Positions 38,454-47,316 of a stretch of 56,778 bases of DNA are shown piece by piece. The stretch spans positions 1 to 56,778 of the IMG/VR virus record IMGVR_UViG_3300025892_000024; one strand, 5' to 3'. A program made the position numbers and the translations under genes. The stretch is from a virus (lineage: Duplodnaviria; Caudoviricetes). The notes under the pieces are model-generated. The model saw only the letters and a program-made list of their open reading frames with translations, was not told the DNA's origin and ran no database searches. Position 1 is the stretch's first letter, and every line of letters begins with the position of its first letter.

Positions 38454-39602
38454 GTGGCACGTAAGAAGTCTAGGAAAGGCCGAAGGAAAGCGAAATTTCT
38501 TTCAAAGACAAGGAGCAAACTCAAGTCTTCAGGCGGCAAATTAAAGTCTCAACTTAAAAAAAATGCAACTCTGAAATCCTTGAAACCCTACACTAAGGCC
38601 GGATTTGCTCTAACTGCAACTGGACTAGCTTACGCCACTACATACACCGTTGCAAAAGGTATAGGTCAAACACTATTGCCGGACGCTACTTACAAGACTG
38701 ATGCATGGTTAACTAACACAGACTTAGGTTTAGTCACACAAACAGGTTTGATTGTAGGTTCAACCGGACTTGCTATTAAATTCCTAGATTCTAAATTTGG
38801 CAAGACTGTAGTTCCTAATTTCTTTTCAAGATTCAAAGATGAGAAAAAAATCATGATTGCAGGCTCAACAGCATTTGCAACTGGAAGATTACTAACTGGA
38901 TTAAGCAAAGGTCATGTTGGAAAGCGTTTCCAAGCTTTGTTTGATGCAGACTTGCCAGCAGCGATTTACACCGGCCAGGGTCCTTACTTCAACAGGCCAA
39001 GCAACATACGTGCAATGAATGAAGTCATCAGAGGAGACCTAAGCGATCCATCAGTAAGGCCTGGCCTAACTGACAGATTCTTCAAACTATTCAGTCCAAG
39101 ATACGGCAGTTGGGTCGCAGGTCGAAATCCCTCTAGTTGGAGTAAGACCCACAGAGTAAATATTCCGTCAGGTATTGACAATAACTTCAACTACATGAAT
39201 TTCAAGACTAACAGGCCACTCCTACCTAACAACGTGGCTCCGGTTTCTGTGAATCCAGCGAATCCAGCGAATAATCCAGCGAATAATCCAGCGAATAATC
39301 CAGTGAATAATCCAGTGAATAATCCAGCGAATAATCCAGCGGCAGGTAATGGCCTTAACGCACAATTAGCTAACCCCATCGTCAATCAAGTATCACAAAA
39401 TCAATGGGAAAGAGGAAATAACACTACATCTGCGAAGCACAAATTCACAGCTTGGAATACACCACACAACCACCACACTATGTTTGACGGAAATGTATGG
39501 GGCAGGGGCTCCAGAGGAAAATACTCCAATGATATGACACAGCAGAATCACAACGAACTGCATCAAAATGGATATACCAATTTAAGCAAATATACTTTGT
39601 GA
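38454..39602 (+). CDS. Basic N-terminus plus membrane-domain protein, probable paralog of 37053, with NP tandem repeat
   Basis: K/R-rich N-terminus; FLDSKFG vs LIDSKLA; VGKRFQALFDADL vs IGGAFRSLAMGDF; GGGGGT SD with GTG. Confidence 0.85.
   Translation: MARKKSRKGRRKAKFLSKTRSKLKSSGGKLKSQLKKNATLKSLKPYTKAGFALTATGLAYATTYTVAKGIGQTLLPDATYKTDAWLTNTDLGLVTQTGLIVGSTGLAIKFLDSKFGKTVVPNFFSRFKDEKKIMIAGSTAFATGRLLTGLSKGHVGKRFQALFDADLPAAIYTGQGPYFNRPSNIRAMNEVIRGDLSDPSVRPGLTDRFFKLFSPRYGSWVAGRNPSSWSKTHRVNIPSGIDNNFNYMNFKTNRPLLPNNVAPVSVNPANPANNPANNPANNPVNNPVNNPANNPAAGNGLNAQLANPIVNQVSQNQWERGNNTTSAKHKFTAWNTPHNHHTMFDGNVWGRGSRGKYSNDMTQQNHNELHQNGYTNLSKYTL
39252..39341 (+). repeat. 12-nt coding tandem repeat (AATAATCCAGYG) encoding NPANPANNPANNPANNPVNNPVNNPANNPA
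   Basis: Visible directly. Confidence 0.95.
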
Positions 39603-39613
39603 GGTGTCACTAA

Positions 39614-40519
39614 ATGGCACTTGACACAATGGAAGGTTCACTTGGGGGCGGGCTACTGCCAATAGCCAAGAATTCCAGAAGAAAAATCGTTATGATGCAA
39701 GGCGAAGTTAAAAATTTGACACAATCTGCTCCGACTGGTGTTCTGGTTGACGGTTCTGTTGTTAGTGGTACTGTAATAAGGACAGACGGTGTATCGGCAA
39801 GTTCTAAAATTTCTGTCGGAGACCGTATATTTCAATCCGGCTTTTTGACATTTCGCTTTGAAGAACTTGGTACAGTGACGGCCATCACCCCCGTAAGCGG
39901 TCACGAAGATATTACCATAGGTGCCGGCTTTGGGCAAACATATCCTGACCCTTTAGTGGTGCCTGCTAGGACACCTACAGCATCCAACAACGCAGAAATT
40001 TCTGTCGCTACAGTTTATGACATTAGTCCTGACGGTGTAGTGACCGAAGTTTCGGGACACGGGGGCGGCTTAGAATCCGGTTTACAAAACCTCTTCATGA
40101 ATGTGGGGGCTGGAAGAATTAGCATTTATGGTGTCGACGACCAAACGGCAGCGCCATCGGGTCAATTTGAAGACCATGAACGGATAAACAGGATGGGAAC
40201 TGGATTGTCAATGGAATTTACTTTCGGTAGTGAAGTTGATCTAACAGATAGTTTAAATTTAGTTACTGCAGTAGGTTCTTTTGGATTTGACATGACTGCT
40301 GCAGGTATGATGGTTATTGACCCAGCCTCTTCTGTTGCAACTAAAGCGACCCAAGTTGACCGAGTGGCTTTCGGTGCTTGTCATAGAGTTGCGGGTAACA
40401 CGGCAATTTTTCATATCAGTTTACCCTATGAGCAAGAAGGTGGAGCTCAAGAAGAAATTACAGAAAATACCGTTCTCAAATTTTGTATAATGGCAGTTGC
40501 AGACAATGGAGGAATTTGA
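39614..40519 (+). CDS. Beta-rich putative virion protein, PYExEGG family (copy 2) with an inserted domain
   Basis: GAGGTG SD; YDISPDGVVT; ISLPYEQEGGAQ; extra segment containing SVGDRI...GTVTAI. Confidence 0.85.
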   Translation: MALDTMEGSLGGGLLPIAKNSRRKIVMMQGEVKNLTQSAPTGVLVDGSVVSGTVIRTDGVSASSKISVGDRIFQSGFLTFRFEELGTVTAITPVSGHEDITIGAGFGQTYPDPLVVPARTPTASNNAEISVATVYDISPDGVVTEVSGHGGGLESGLQNLFMNVGAGRISIYGVDDQTAAPSGQFEDHERINRMGTGLSMEFTFGSEVDLTDSLNLVTAVGSFGFDMTAAGMMVIDPASSVATKATQVDRVAFGACHRVAGNTAIFHISLPYEQEGGAQEEITENTVLKFCIMAVADNGGI

Positions 40520-41104
40520 ATGGCACAGAGTTTTTCAGATGCATTTACCATAGGCGGCCTTACCGGGGGCGGGGGGGATGGAACAGTTCTTGTAGCAATG
40601 CGAGGGAGGATGATTAATATCGATGCAGGTCACGAAAGCGAGTACAAAGTAGATGGAGACGGGGTGGTAACAGTATTAGCTGGGAGCACCGCAACTGTTG
40701 ATGACATTGATTTAGATTTTGGAGCTGGGTTGATAACAACTGAATCCATAGATGTAGACGGTACAGGAACTACAACTATTGAGGGGGCAGGCCTTGTTTT
40801 ATGTATTGCATTTGGCGACGGAATAATTCGCGCACATCAGCCAGGTGGCCTACAAATAATTGGGGCCTTTGCGAATGTTGGTTGGTCTATAGGTGACGCC
40901 GGTCAGCGTGTCCTTACCCACGGCATTGCCCCTCCTGATAACTCGGCCCCAGCGCCTGTCGGATTGAAGTCTATTGATGGAAATCATCTGAAAATTGCTA
41001 TTGGCGTGCCCTATGAGCCGGAGGGGGGCACTCAAATAGCCTTTAACGAATTTGCTATGATTAATTTCGACATTATTGCGATAGCTAAGAGGTTGAAGAT
41101 ATGA
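40520..41104 (+). CDS. Beta-rich putative virion protein, PYExEGG family (copy 3)
   Basis: FTIGGL; YKVDGDGVVT; IGVPYEPEGGTQI. Confidence 0.85.
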   Translation: MAQSFSDAFTIGGLTGGGGDGTVLVAMRGRMINIDAGHESEYKVDGDGVVTVLAGSTATVDDIDLDFGAGLITTESIDVDGTGTTTIEGAGLVLCIAFGDGIIRAHQPGGLQIIGAFANVGWSIGDAGQRVLTHGIAPPDNSAPAPVGLKSIDGNHLKIAIGVPYEPEGGTQIAFNEFAMINFDIIAIAKRLKI

Positions 41105-41166
41105 ATCGAGACACAGTTGGCGTTGCCATAGGTTTTCTTTGGCTAGGACTACTATTTGCTATGTAA
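41101..41166 (+). CDS. 21-aa hydrophobic peptide MNRDTVGVAIGFLWLGLLFAM
   Basis: ATGA overlap, GAGGT SD, fills the gap between genes. Confidence 0.4.
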   Translation: MNRDTVGVAIGFLWLGLLFAM

Positions 41167-41178
41167 GGAGAAAATGAT

Positions 41179-41862
41179 ATGCCACACTGTCACTGCGCCA
41201 AAACCATGCTTGGAACATTGAAAGTAAATCCTCATTGTGCTGTACATGGTACAGAATATAACCTTGGTTCTTCAAGAGTTTCACAGATGGGATTGACTTC
41301 AAACGAAAAGAATGTGTTAAATCAAGTATCTAAGCAACTAAATGCGGCATCTAAGATGCATAAGGGCCAAGCGGACAAACTCAGAAACTTAGGTTTTGCA
41401 CCAAAGCCAAAGAACTTAGCTCCTAACAATGAGCCGACTTACCAGGACATGTCTTGGTTCAAAGGTAGAGTCAAAACCTTGCACAACGAACTTCATGCCA
41501 GGAAGCTTGGATCTACACGTAGGGTTCAGATGATTGGAAATACTGATAACATACAATTCGTAGCGATTGAAGTTGTGAAATTTACTGCAATATTGTTAGG
41601 AGGAGGCTTACTTTTGAGTGTCCCTGCATATATGCTAGTCAACAATAAGAAACTGAAAACAAGTAACAAAAGTGAATCGGAAAAACTTGCACATGCGTTA
41701 ATTACACAACCTGTAAAGACAAGTGCGTGGTGGGCGGGGGGCTCATCTGTTTTGATAGGTGCAAAAGACAACAATCCGAAACAAATGGCTGCCGGAGCTG
41801 GATTAATGGCTTTCTCAAGTGCAATCCCATCTGTGAAACTGCAACTATCGAGGAAAATCTAA
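41179..41862 (+). CDS. Membrane protein with LG-punctuated N-terminal modules
   Basis: AGGAG SD; NLGSSRV, QMGL, NLGF, KLGST; C-terminal hydrophobic segments. Confidence 0.8.
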   Translation: MPHCHCAKTMLGTLKVNPHCAVHGTEYNLGSSRVSQMGLTSNEKNVLNQVSKQLNAASKMHKGQADKLRNLGFAPKPKNLAPNNEPTYQDMSWFKGRVKTLHNELHARKLGSTRRVQMIGNTDNIQFVAIEVVKFTAILLGGGLLLSVPAYMLVNNKKLKTSNKSESEKLAHALITQPVKTSAWWAGGSSVLIGAKDNNPKQMAAGAGLMAFSSAIPSVKLQLSRKI

Positions 41863-42296
41863 TCTTCTTCTGGATAAACATTCAAGAAATGTTCCAACTC
41901 ACAACCTTGTAAGAAGTCTGTATCCAGCATTGGGAAGAGATTCTGAGCTAACTGAAACGATAATAACCAAGCATCATACGGAAACTTCCACGTAATTCTT
42001 ACGTGGCCGTAAGAGATCGCTAATCCATCTTCTTCAACTTTAGCCACTTCAACAGATGCATTGTTGAAGTATTCTTTGTATTCGGTCATTTTGTCAATGA
42101 CTTCTATTTGCCACTTCTGAAATTTTTCATAATCCTTGTTGCCAGGTAGGGCATCAATGTCTCTAAATACACTTACTTCGTAAATGGGTTTTTTTTCATT
42201 ATCTATCGTAAGTGGGTCGAATACTGTCCCGTCGCATTCAGGACATTCTTTCGCATCTAACCTGCAGATGTTAGAGCATGTCTTACATCGTTTCAT
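41859..42296 (-). CDS. Zn-ribbon protein (145 aa)
   Basis: CKTC-x9-CPEC at the N-terminus; ATGA overlap with the RHH gene. Confidence 0.8.
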   Translation of the reverse strand: MKRCKTCSNICRLDAKECPECDGTVFDPLTIDNEKKPIYEVSVFRDIDALPGNKDYEKFQKWQIEVIDKMTEYKEYFNNASVEVAKVEEDGLAISYGHVRITWKFPYDAWLLSFQLAQNLFPMLDTDFLQGCELEHFLNVYPEED

Positions 42297-42520
42297 TGAC
42301 TTCCACCTAACTGTCGTCGTAAACTGTCTTGTGCAAGTTTCTTTCTTTTGATTTCCTCGGTGTGTTCTGATTCTTTATTATTCAAATTCTCGAATGCCAG
42401 TGCACGCAAAACAGTTGATAGTCCGTTGTAAGCCATGCGTTCAGCATAAGCTTCTAATCTGGACAACTGTTCTGCAGAAAGCCTTACTTTCACAGTCTTA
42501 CCGCCCTTATTGTCGCTCAT
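42293..42520 (-). CDS. Ribbon-helix-helix transcription regulator
   Basis: TVKVRLSAEQLSRLEAYAERMAYNGLSTVLRALA. Confidence 0.8.
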   Translation of the reverse strand: MSDNKGGKTVKVRLSAEQLSRLEAYAERMAYNGLSTVLRALAFENLNNKESEHTEEIKRKKLAQDSLRRQLGGSQ

Positions 42521-42529
42521 CAAACTGGT

Positions 42530-42550
42530 GGAAGCGTTTCGTCCCTATCA
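42530..42550 (-). promoter_or_regulatory. Second copy of the 21-bp element (TGATAGGGACGAAACGCTTCC)
   Basis: 19/21 match to 34016-34036; ends 9 nt before ATG 42520. Confidence 0.65.
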
Positions 42551-42729
42551 TTCAACCGATTATTAAAATTCGACAAAACTACATCGGTTCAATCATTACA
42601 GGGGGTCATTTGTGTACGCCTTGTAGCCTTTTGTGGACTAAAGGCACACGCTCTATTATAACCCCTACCGGTATGAGCAGAACATAAGCAGCCACAAACT
42701 GCATATCAATAAAAAAATAGGTGAAAAAA

Positions 42730-43355
42730 ATGCAATGGACAGTATACTGGGACAGACCACAAAACTTGATTAACGAATATATTAGCTCAATCGAAGGATT
42801 CATATCTTTCGCCTTTCCCAATTGGGGCTCTCAAAACGAGGGGTACACGCTAAGGGCGAGTACGGAATGGGTAGCTTGAGAGCAGACCACATGGGACTAC
42901 TTGACACAGAAGGCCGATGGATCGTACCTGCTGACGGAACTGATGGAACAACCAACTCTGGACAAGCTGGCGGTGCAGCATCCTCCACTCTAGGTGGCGG
43001 CTGGATTGACAAAGCAATTTCAATTAAGACAATCGAAGAAGCTTACTACATGTTCACTGGGCTACAATACAACACTTCTCCTATCAGAACAACAGAAAAC
43101 CAATTCAGAATTGCTGGAATTACTACTCCAGTCCATTCTCACTTGATTCTAAGTATCTTGGAAGAGCCACTATGTTATATGAGTGAGCCCCTGGTCATCG
43201 AACCGGAGAAAAGTCTAGACTGGTCTCTAAGAACCACTGTAGGAACAGACGGTACTGGAACTCTACAAGGCGAATCTCTAAGAATCCTTGGACTAGTAGT
43301 TGCTCAACACCATGCTTTAATTCAACAGACTTTCTCAACATCGGAGCTTTCTTGA
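42730..43355 (+). CDS. Putative single-jelly-roll major capsid protein, split by a 1-nt frameshift (about 208 aa if joined)
   Basis: AGGTGA SD plus ATG 42730 reads 49 aa to TGA 42879; the -1 frame is open 42786-43355 and encodes LRADHMGL...W...TGLQY...EEPLCYMSEPLVIEPE...LRILGLVVA, resembling the Halopanivirales-type capsid pattern as recalled. Confidence 0.6.
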
Positions 43356-43394
43356 GGCCCAACTGGGAACTTACAATTAATGAGGTGAAATGAT

Positions 43395-43949
43395 ATGGCA
43401 CTAGATAATACAGATGGCTTTACACTGGGCGGTTTAGACAACGCTCCTGGTGGAAACGCAGCTAGAATCGCAGTACTACAATTTAACTTGGAATTCCAAG
43501 CCCAAACCGATGTAGGTTATACAGTAGACGCAGATGGGACAGTTTCGACTGCAGTAGGCACAGGCGCCGCAACAGCAGACTTGACGGTCACTCAAGGTGG
43601 CGGGTTTACATTGAAGCAAACAGCAGGTAGCGCAACAGCAGACATTCACGCAACTTACATCTTGTCCTTCGGTGACATCGGTACTACTTTTGCGACCATG
43701 GGAGCAGATGCTAACCAGAACATCACAGTCATAGGTGGAACCGTAAACTGCGGTGCAGACTTAGGCGGTGGATCTGCAGTAGACGCTGCTTGTGCAACAG
43801 CAGTACACTCGATCTCAGGCAATTCGCTTACCTTCTCAGTAGGCCACCCGGCTGTCGTACCAGATGGCAGCGCAGGCCTTGGCGACTTCACTGGCGGAAC
43901 AACCAGCCTGTTCTTCAACGTGATTGCTTTCATTCAACCAACTAACTAA
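43395..43949 (+). CDS. Beta-rich putative virion protein, PYExEGG family (divergent copy 4)
   Basis: GAGGTGA SD; FTLGGL; YTVDADGTVST; VIGG; NSLTFSVGHP; FNVIAF. Confidence 0.85.
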   Translation: MALDNTDGFTLGGLDNAPGGNAARIAVLQFNLEFQAQTDVGYTVDADGTVSTAVGTGAATADLTVTQGGGFTLKQTAGSATADIHATYILSFGDIGTTFATMGADANQNITVIGGTVNCGADLGGGSAVDAACATAVHSISGNSLTFSVGHPAVVPDGSAGLGDFTGGTTSLFFNVIAFIQPTN

Positions 43950-43959
43950 GGTGGTTTTT

Positions 43960-44211
43960 TTGGGAGACGGCTGGAGAGGCACAAAACTTGGTTATGCAGG
44001 TGGTCGTACTGGCTACTTTGCTAACTACGGTAATAGTGATGCTCTCCGAGGTACACGTGGCTTAGGAAGCAATCATGGATCTAACGCCAGAAATCAGGAA
44101 ATCGCAACAATGGTTATCACTGGAATGGGACTCCTTGGGATATTTTACATAGCCCAGGAATACAAATTCTTCGATAAAGTCAGTAAAAAGGCAAAGCAAA
44201 TGATATCGTGA
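43960..44211 (+). CDS. Small membrane protein with KLGY and GLGS motifs (start probably TTG 43960)
   Basis: AGGTGG SD; C-terminal TM. Confidence 0.7.
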   Translation: MGDGWRGTKLGYAGGRTGYFANYGNSDALRGTRGLGSNHGSNARNQEIATMVITGMGLLGIFYIAQEYKFFDKVSKKAKQMIS

Positions 44212-44444
44212 TGGGGGGCTTGGATATGAAAACAAGCACCTTAGAAAAGGTATTAGCCGGCAATTCTAACATGACTCCGTTGCGTGGAGAGCGTCTTGGC
44301 GCTACTGGGCACATCATTGCTCCATTCTCACAAGGGGCAATGATTGGCGGATTAACAGCAACAGTTCTTGCAGTTATGTATGGAGGAGACATCCTTCGGT
44401 ATATTCAAAGTAAAGTTTTGGACTTAGGAGGTTCAACGATTTAA
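44208..44444 (+). CDS. Small membrane protein with RLGATG motif (start possibly ATG 44226)
   Basis: One TM segment; GGGGGG SD before 44226. Confidence 0.7.
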   Translation: MMGGLDMKTSTLEKVLAGNSNMTPLRGERLGATGHIIAPFSQGAMIGGLTATVLAVMYGGDILRYIQSKVLDLGGSTI

Positions 44445-44489
44445 GATGATAAATTCCCTATTTTACACACATAAGGGGGAGATGATGAT

Positions 44490-45260
44490 ATGGCAAGAGT
44501 AAATTTTGGAAGAACACCGACAGTAAGAGGGTATAACCCGTTGACGAACACATTGAAACCTGGACACGTTATCCAGCTACGAGGGCAATTCTATCTCGTA
44601 GACGCAGTTGAAGGGCTCACATTCGAGCTTGTAGTAACTGCTAATGGTAACACGGCTGGGACAGAGATATCAAAAGGATTTGATTCTGGATACTTTGAAG
44701 ATGAAGATTTAGAACCATTTAGAAATCACCTATATTGCCTTGTTCCTTCGTTATCTGGACAACCTAAATTCATAAACCGAGCAGGGGGCTATGACGAGGT
44801 AGGTTTCCCGAATGATACAACAGAAGTTACACTGACCGCAGGAACAAAAACTATTGGTGCTGCAGCAAGAACTATGGTTGGGCTTATTAGCCCAAGAGTA
44901 TATTTGAAACACCCTGCGGGGATTCCACGATGGCATGCTGATGAAGCTCCAGAAAACGATAAGACAGGATTCATAGATGTAACAGTCAGTCCACATGAAG
45001 ATCCTAACCCGAATTTTGCAATATGGATAGAATCAGGTGAATCACAATTGCCACAGTTCCGCATGGTTAATACAACCGGAGAAGCAATTTTCAATCCAGT
45101 AATATATCTACAGGGGTTCAAAGCTAAATTACAGCCTATGTCTAAGATTGACATTCAGAAGGCTAGAGATGCTAATGGGGGCAAGTTTGTGTACAAAATA
45201 ATCAAACCACAAGGACTACCGCACGCAGGTTCTATGGCAGCCGATTACAACCCCAACTGA
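44490..45260 (+). CDS. Putative second jelly-roll capsid protein (256 aa)
   Basis: Beta-rich; lies in the structural block; clear paralog of 45277. Confidence 0.6.
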   Translation: MARVNFGRTPTVRGYNPLTNTLKPGHVIQLRGQFYLVDAVEGLTFELVVTANGNTAGTEISKGFDSGYFEDEDLEPFRNHLYCLVPSLSGQPKFINRAGGYDEVGFPNDTTEVTLTAGTKTIGAAARTMVGLISPRVYLKHPAGIPRWHADEAPENDKTGFIDVTVSPHEDPNPNFAIWIESGESQLPQFRMVNTTGEAIFNPVIYLQGFKAKLQPMSKIDIQKARDANGGKFVYKIIKPQGLPHAGSMAADYNPN

Positions 45261-45276
45261 ATAGGGGGTTTTTTGA

Positions 45277-46677
45277 TTGGCAATAAAAGAATTAACGCAA
45301 CCTAAACCCGCAGACCAACTGCAACCACAACCTCCTTTTGGTAGGGCTCCGGTAGCTACTAAATTCGAAGTTAACGAAATGCATAAACCAGGACAACTGG
45401 TGATGCTCTCTGGAGGCCTTTACAGGGTCAAGTCTAACGAAAAGTTGTCCTTGATGCTCCACATGGGTATTTCGGGGACTTTCACTCGCACAGGTGCGAC
45501 TGCGGGAAATTTCAAAATATTAGAAAATGATAGTAATATCAAAGCAACAAGTTTCACTGTACCTGCAGGTGTGAACATACACATAGGGGCTCAAGGCTCA
45601 AACAACAGAGTCCAAGTAGTGACAGTAGCTTCTGATGCCGCTACTGGCACATCAGGAACCTTTGCAGTATCTACAAATGAAAACATAAACAGCCAGTTCA
45701 CAAACGAAACGGATGCTACCTTGCTATTCGTGCCATCGGCTAGCACAGATTCAACAAACAACAATCTTCTTTTAGAAAAGAAATCATTTGGCATACTAGA
45801 AAGTCCATCATCAGGGCTTACCGTTTACGACCTTGTTTTTGGTATTTCATTACATCCAAAATACACAGGCCGTGACGGAGATATTACCGACGCAGGGTTA
45901 GCTCCCGAATCATTGGAACTGACCTCAACTCAATATGGTACGCAACAATTAGGTTCTATTATCGTAAGAAGTGCAAACGCAGAAAGGGACTTTGATGGTT
46001 CTCAAGAAACTGCCGCTGCCACTGCAGGTGCTTTTGGTGGAGCTAGACATGGCGATTCAGGATATGGCATGAACATGACTCGATTTTCAGGAATGATTTC
46101 TCCGAAAATAAGAATCGAACAACCGGCAGGGGTAGTGAGATTTGCAACCGACAGAAGCAAAGGGTCAGACATCACAAGCGGAAGTTTGACACGTGGAGTA
46201 AATAAGACAGGCTTTTTGACTGCATCAGATACATCAACTCTATCACTAAACCCAAAATACCGAATTATTACAAATTCTTCATCATCGGACGGTTCTTTGC
46301 CAACATTCCAATTATTGCAAGACAATCTTGGTGAGATGAGAGATCCACACATTCTTCTTGTCGGTTCGAAATTAGTTTTGGAAGAAGTATCTGAGGCTGA
46401 GGTAAAAGAAATGATTAGGCGTTCTGGAAAATTCAATTACAAAATAATTGAAGACCCAGTTCAAGCATACAAAAGTCAAACAGATGGAGTAACAGGCCCC
46501 GCCAACGGTTGGAAAGCAGCCGTTGAATCACAAAGGGGTCGAAAAATGAGTTATCAAGACTATAAGGATTTGATTGAAAATATTACGACACAATCTAGGA
46601 ATCAACTATATGGGACAGCGGGTTCAAACCCAAAGCAAATACGTGATGACCCACGTAGAAGACACAGGGGGATTTGA
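45277..46677 (+). CDS. Paralog of 44490 with inserted beta domain(s) (466 aa), putative capsid/turret protein
   Basis: KPGQLVMLSGGLYRV vs KPGHVIQLRGQFYLV; ISPKIRIEQPAG vs ISPRVYLKHPAG; KTGF; LPTFQ vs LPQFR; GKFNYKII vs GKFVYKII. Confidence 0.8.
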   Translation: MAIKELTQPKPADQLQPQPPFGRAPVATKFEVNEMHKPGQLVMLSGGLYRVKSNEKLSLMLHMGISGTFTRTGATAGNFKILENDSNIKATSFTVPAGVNIHIGAQGSNNRVQVVTVASDAATGTSGTFAVSTNENINSQFTNETDATLLFVPSASTDSTNNNLLLEKKSFGILESPSSGLTVYDLVFGISLHPKYTGRDGDITDAGLAPESLELTSTQYGTQQLGSIIVRSANAERDFDGSQETAAATAGAFGGARHGDSGYGMNMTRFSGMISPKIRIEQPAGVVRFATDRSKGSDITSGSLTRGVNKTGFLTASDTSTLSLNPKYRIITNSSSSDGSLPTFQLLQDNLGEMRDPHILLVGSKLVLEEVSEAEVKEMIRRSGKFNYKIIEDPVQAYKSQTDGVTGPANGWKAAVESQRGRKMSYQDYKDLIENITTQSRNQLYGTAGSNPKQIRDDPRRRHRGI

Positions 46678-47315
46678 AGATGGCAGACCATAACATATTA
46701 CCAGACGGAATAACCGATATTGCAGGCGAGGAAATTGATGATGATATTTTGATGCTTTCACCAGTAGACATGGGTGTAGAAGAGTTTAGAAATGAGGACA
46801 ACCGAAACATTACAGTTAGAAAAAGAAATGTCCTCGTTGCCGCTAAAACAAAAGTCAGAATCATTGACAACCACGAATCGGGCAGACTTAACTACGTGAT
46901 GATAAAAGTCACTAGGAAACTGCCTACCGACACATCTTCCTCAACAGGCACCGATCCATCAAAACTTGCTTTGTTTTTGCAACTTGACGGATATGCCCAG
47001 GGCGGTTTTGAATCCGTTTATGACCCTGCTCTTCAAACATCAGTTGCTGGAGTCACCTTACTCACTGTTGGTCAATTGAATTTACCTGAGCAGTTTGGTA
47101 TGTGGTTTCTAACTGTTGATGAAACAGATGAAATTATCGCAATATATAGAGGGAATTCAGATTACAAACATAGAATTAGATTTGAAGTTTTCAACACAGA
47201 TGCAACAGGTTCACTGAATGTTGAATTTGTTGAAATTGCAAGGAAAAGAAGTACTAATAAAGAAGGAAAGTCAAATCAAATTAGAGGTTTGCCGTTCGAT
47301 AAAATGGGGTATTAA
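46674..47315 (+). CDS. Beta-rich putative virion protein (start TTG 46674 or ATG 46680)
   Basis: Translation; position in the structural block. Confidence 0.8.
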   Translation: MKMADHNILPDGITDIAGEEIDDDILMLSPVDMGVEEFRNEDNRNITVRKRNVLVAAKTKVRIIDNHESGRLNYVMIKVTRKLPTDTSSSTGTDPSKLALFLQLDGYAQGGFESVYDPALQTSVAGVTLLTVGQLNLPEQFGMWFLTVDETDEIIAIYRGNSDYKHRIRFEVFNTDATGSLNVEFVEIARKRSTNKEGKSNQIRGLPFDKMGY

Positions 47316-47316
47316 A

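Noticed and set aside
3977-39341. Tandem repeats as possible CRISPR arrays
   Set aside because: In-frame coding repeats with no unique constant-length spacers; no cas genes
42808-42843. Canonical -1 slippery heptamer in the capsid gene
   Set aside because: TTTCCCA and the G/A runs are not in the X XXY YYZ register of the upstream frame, so programmed frameshifting is unproven
47218-47316. Longer start for ORF 47218..48042
   Set aside because: Overlaps the upstream gene by about 100 nt; ATG 47317 has a GGGGT SD right after the upstream stop
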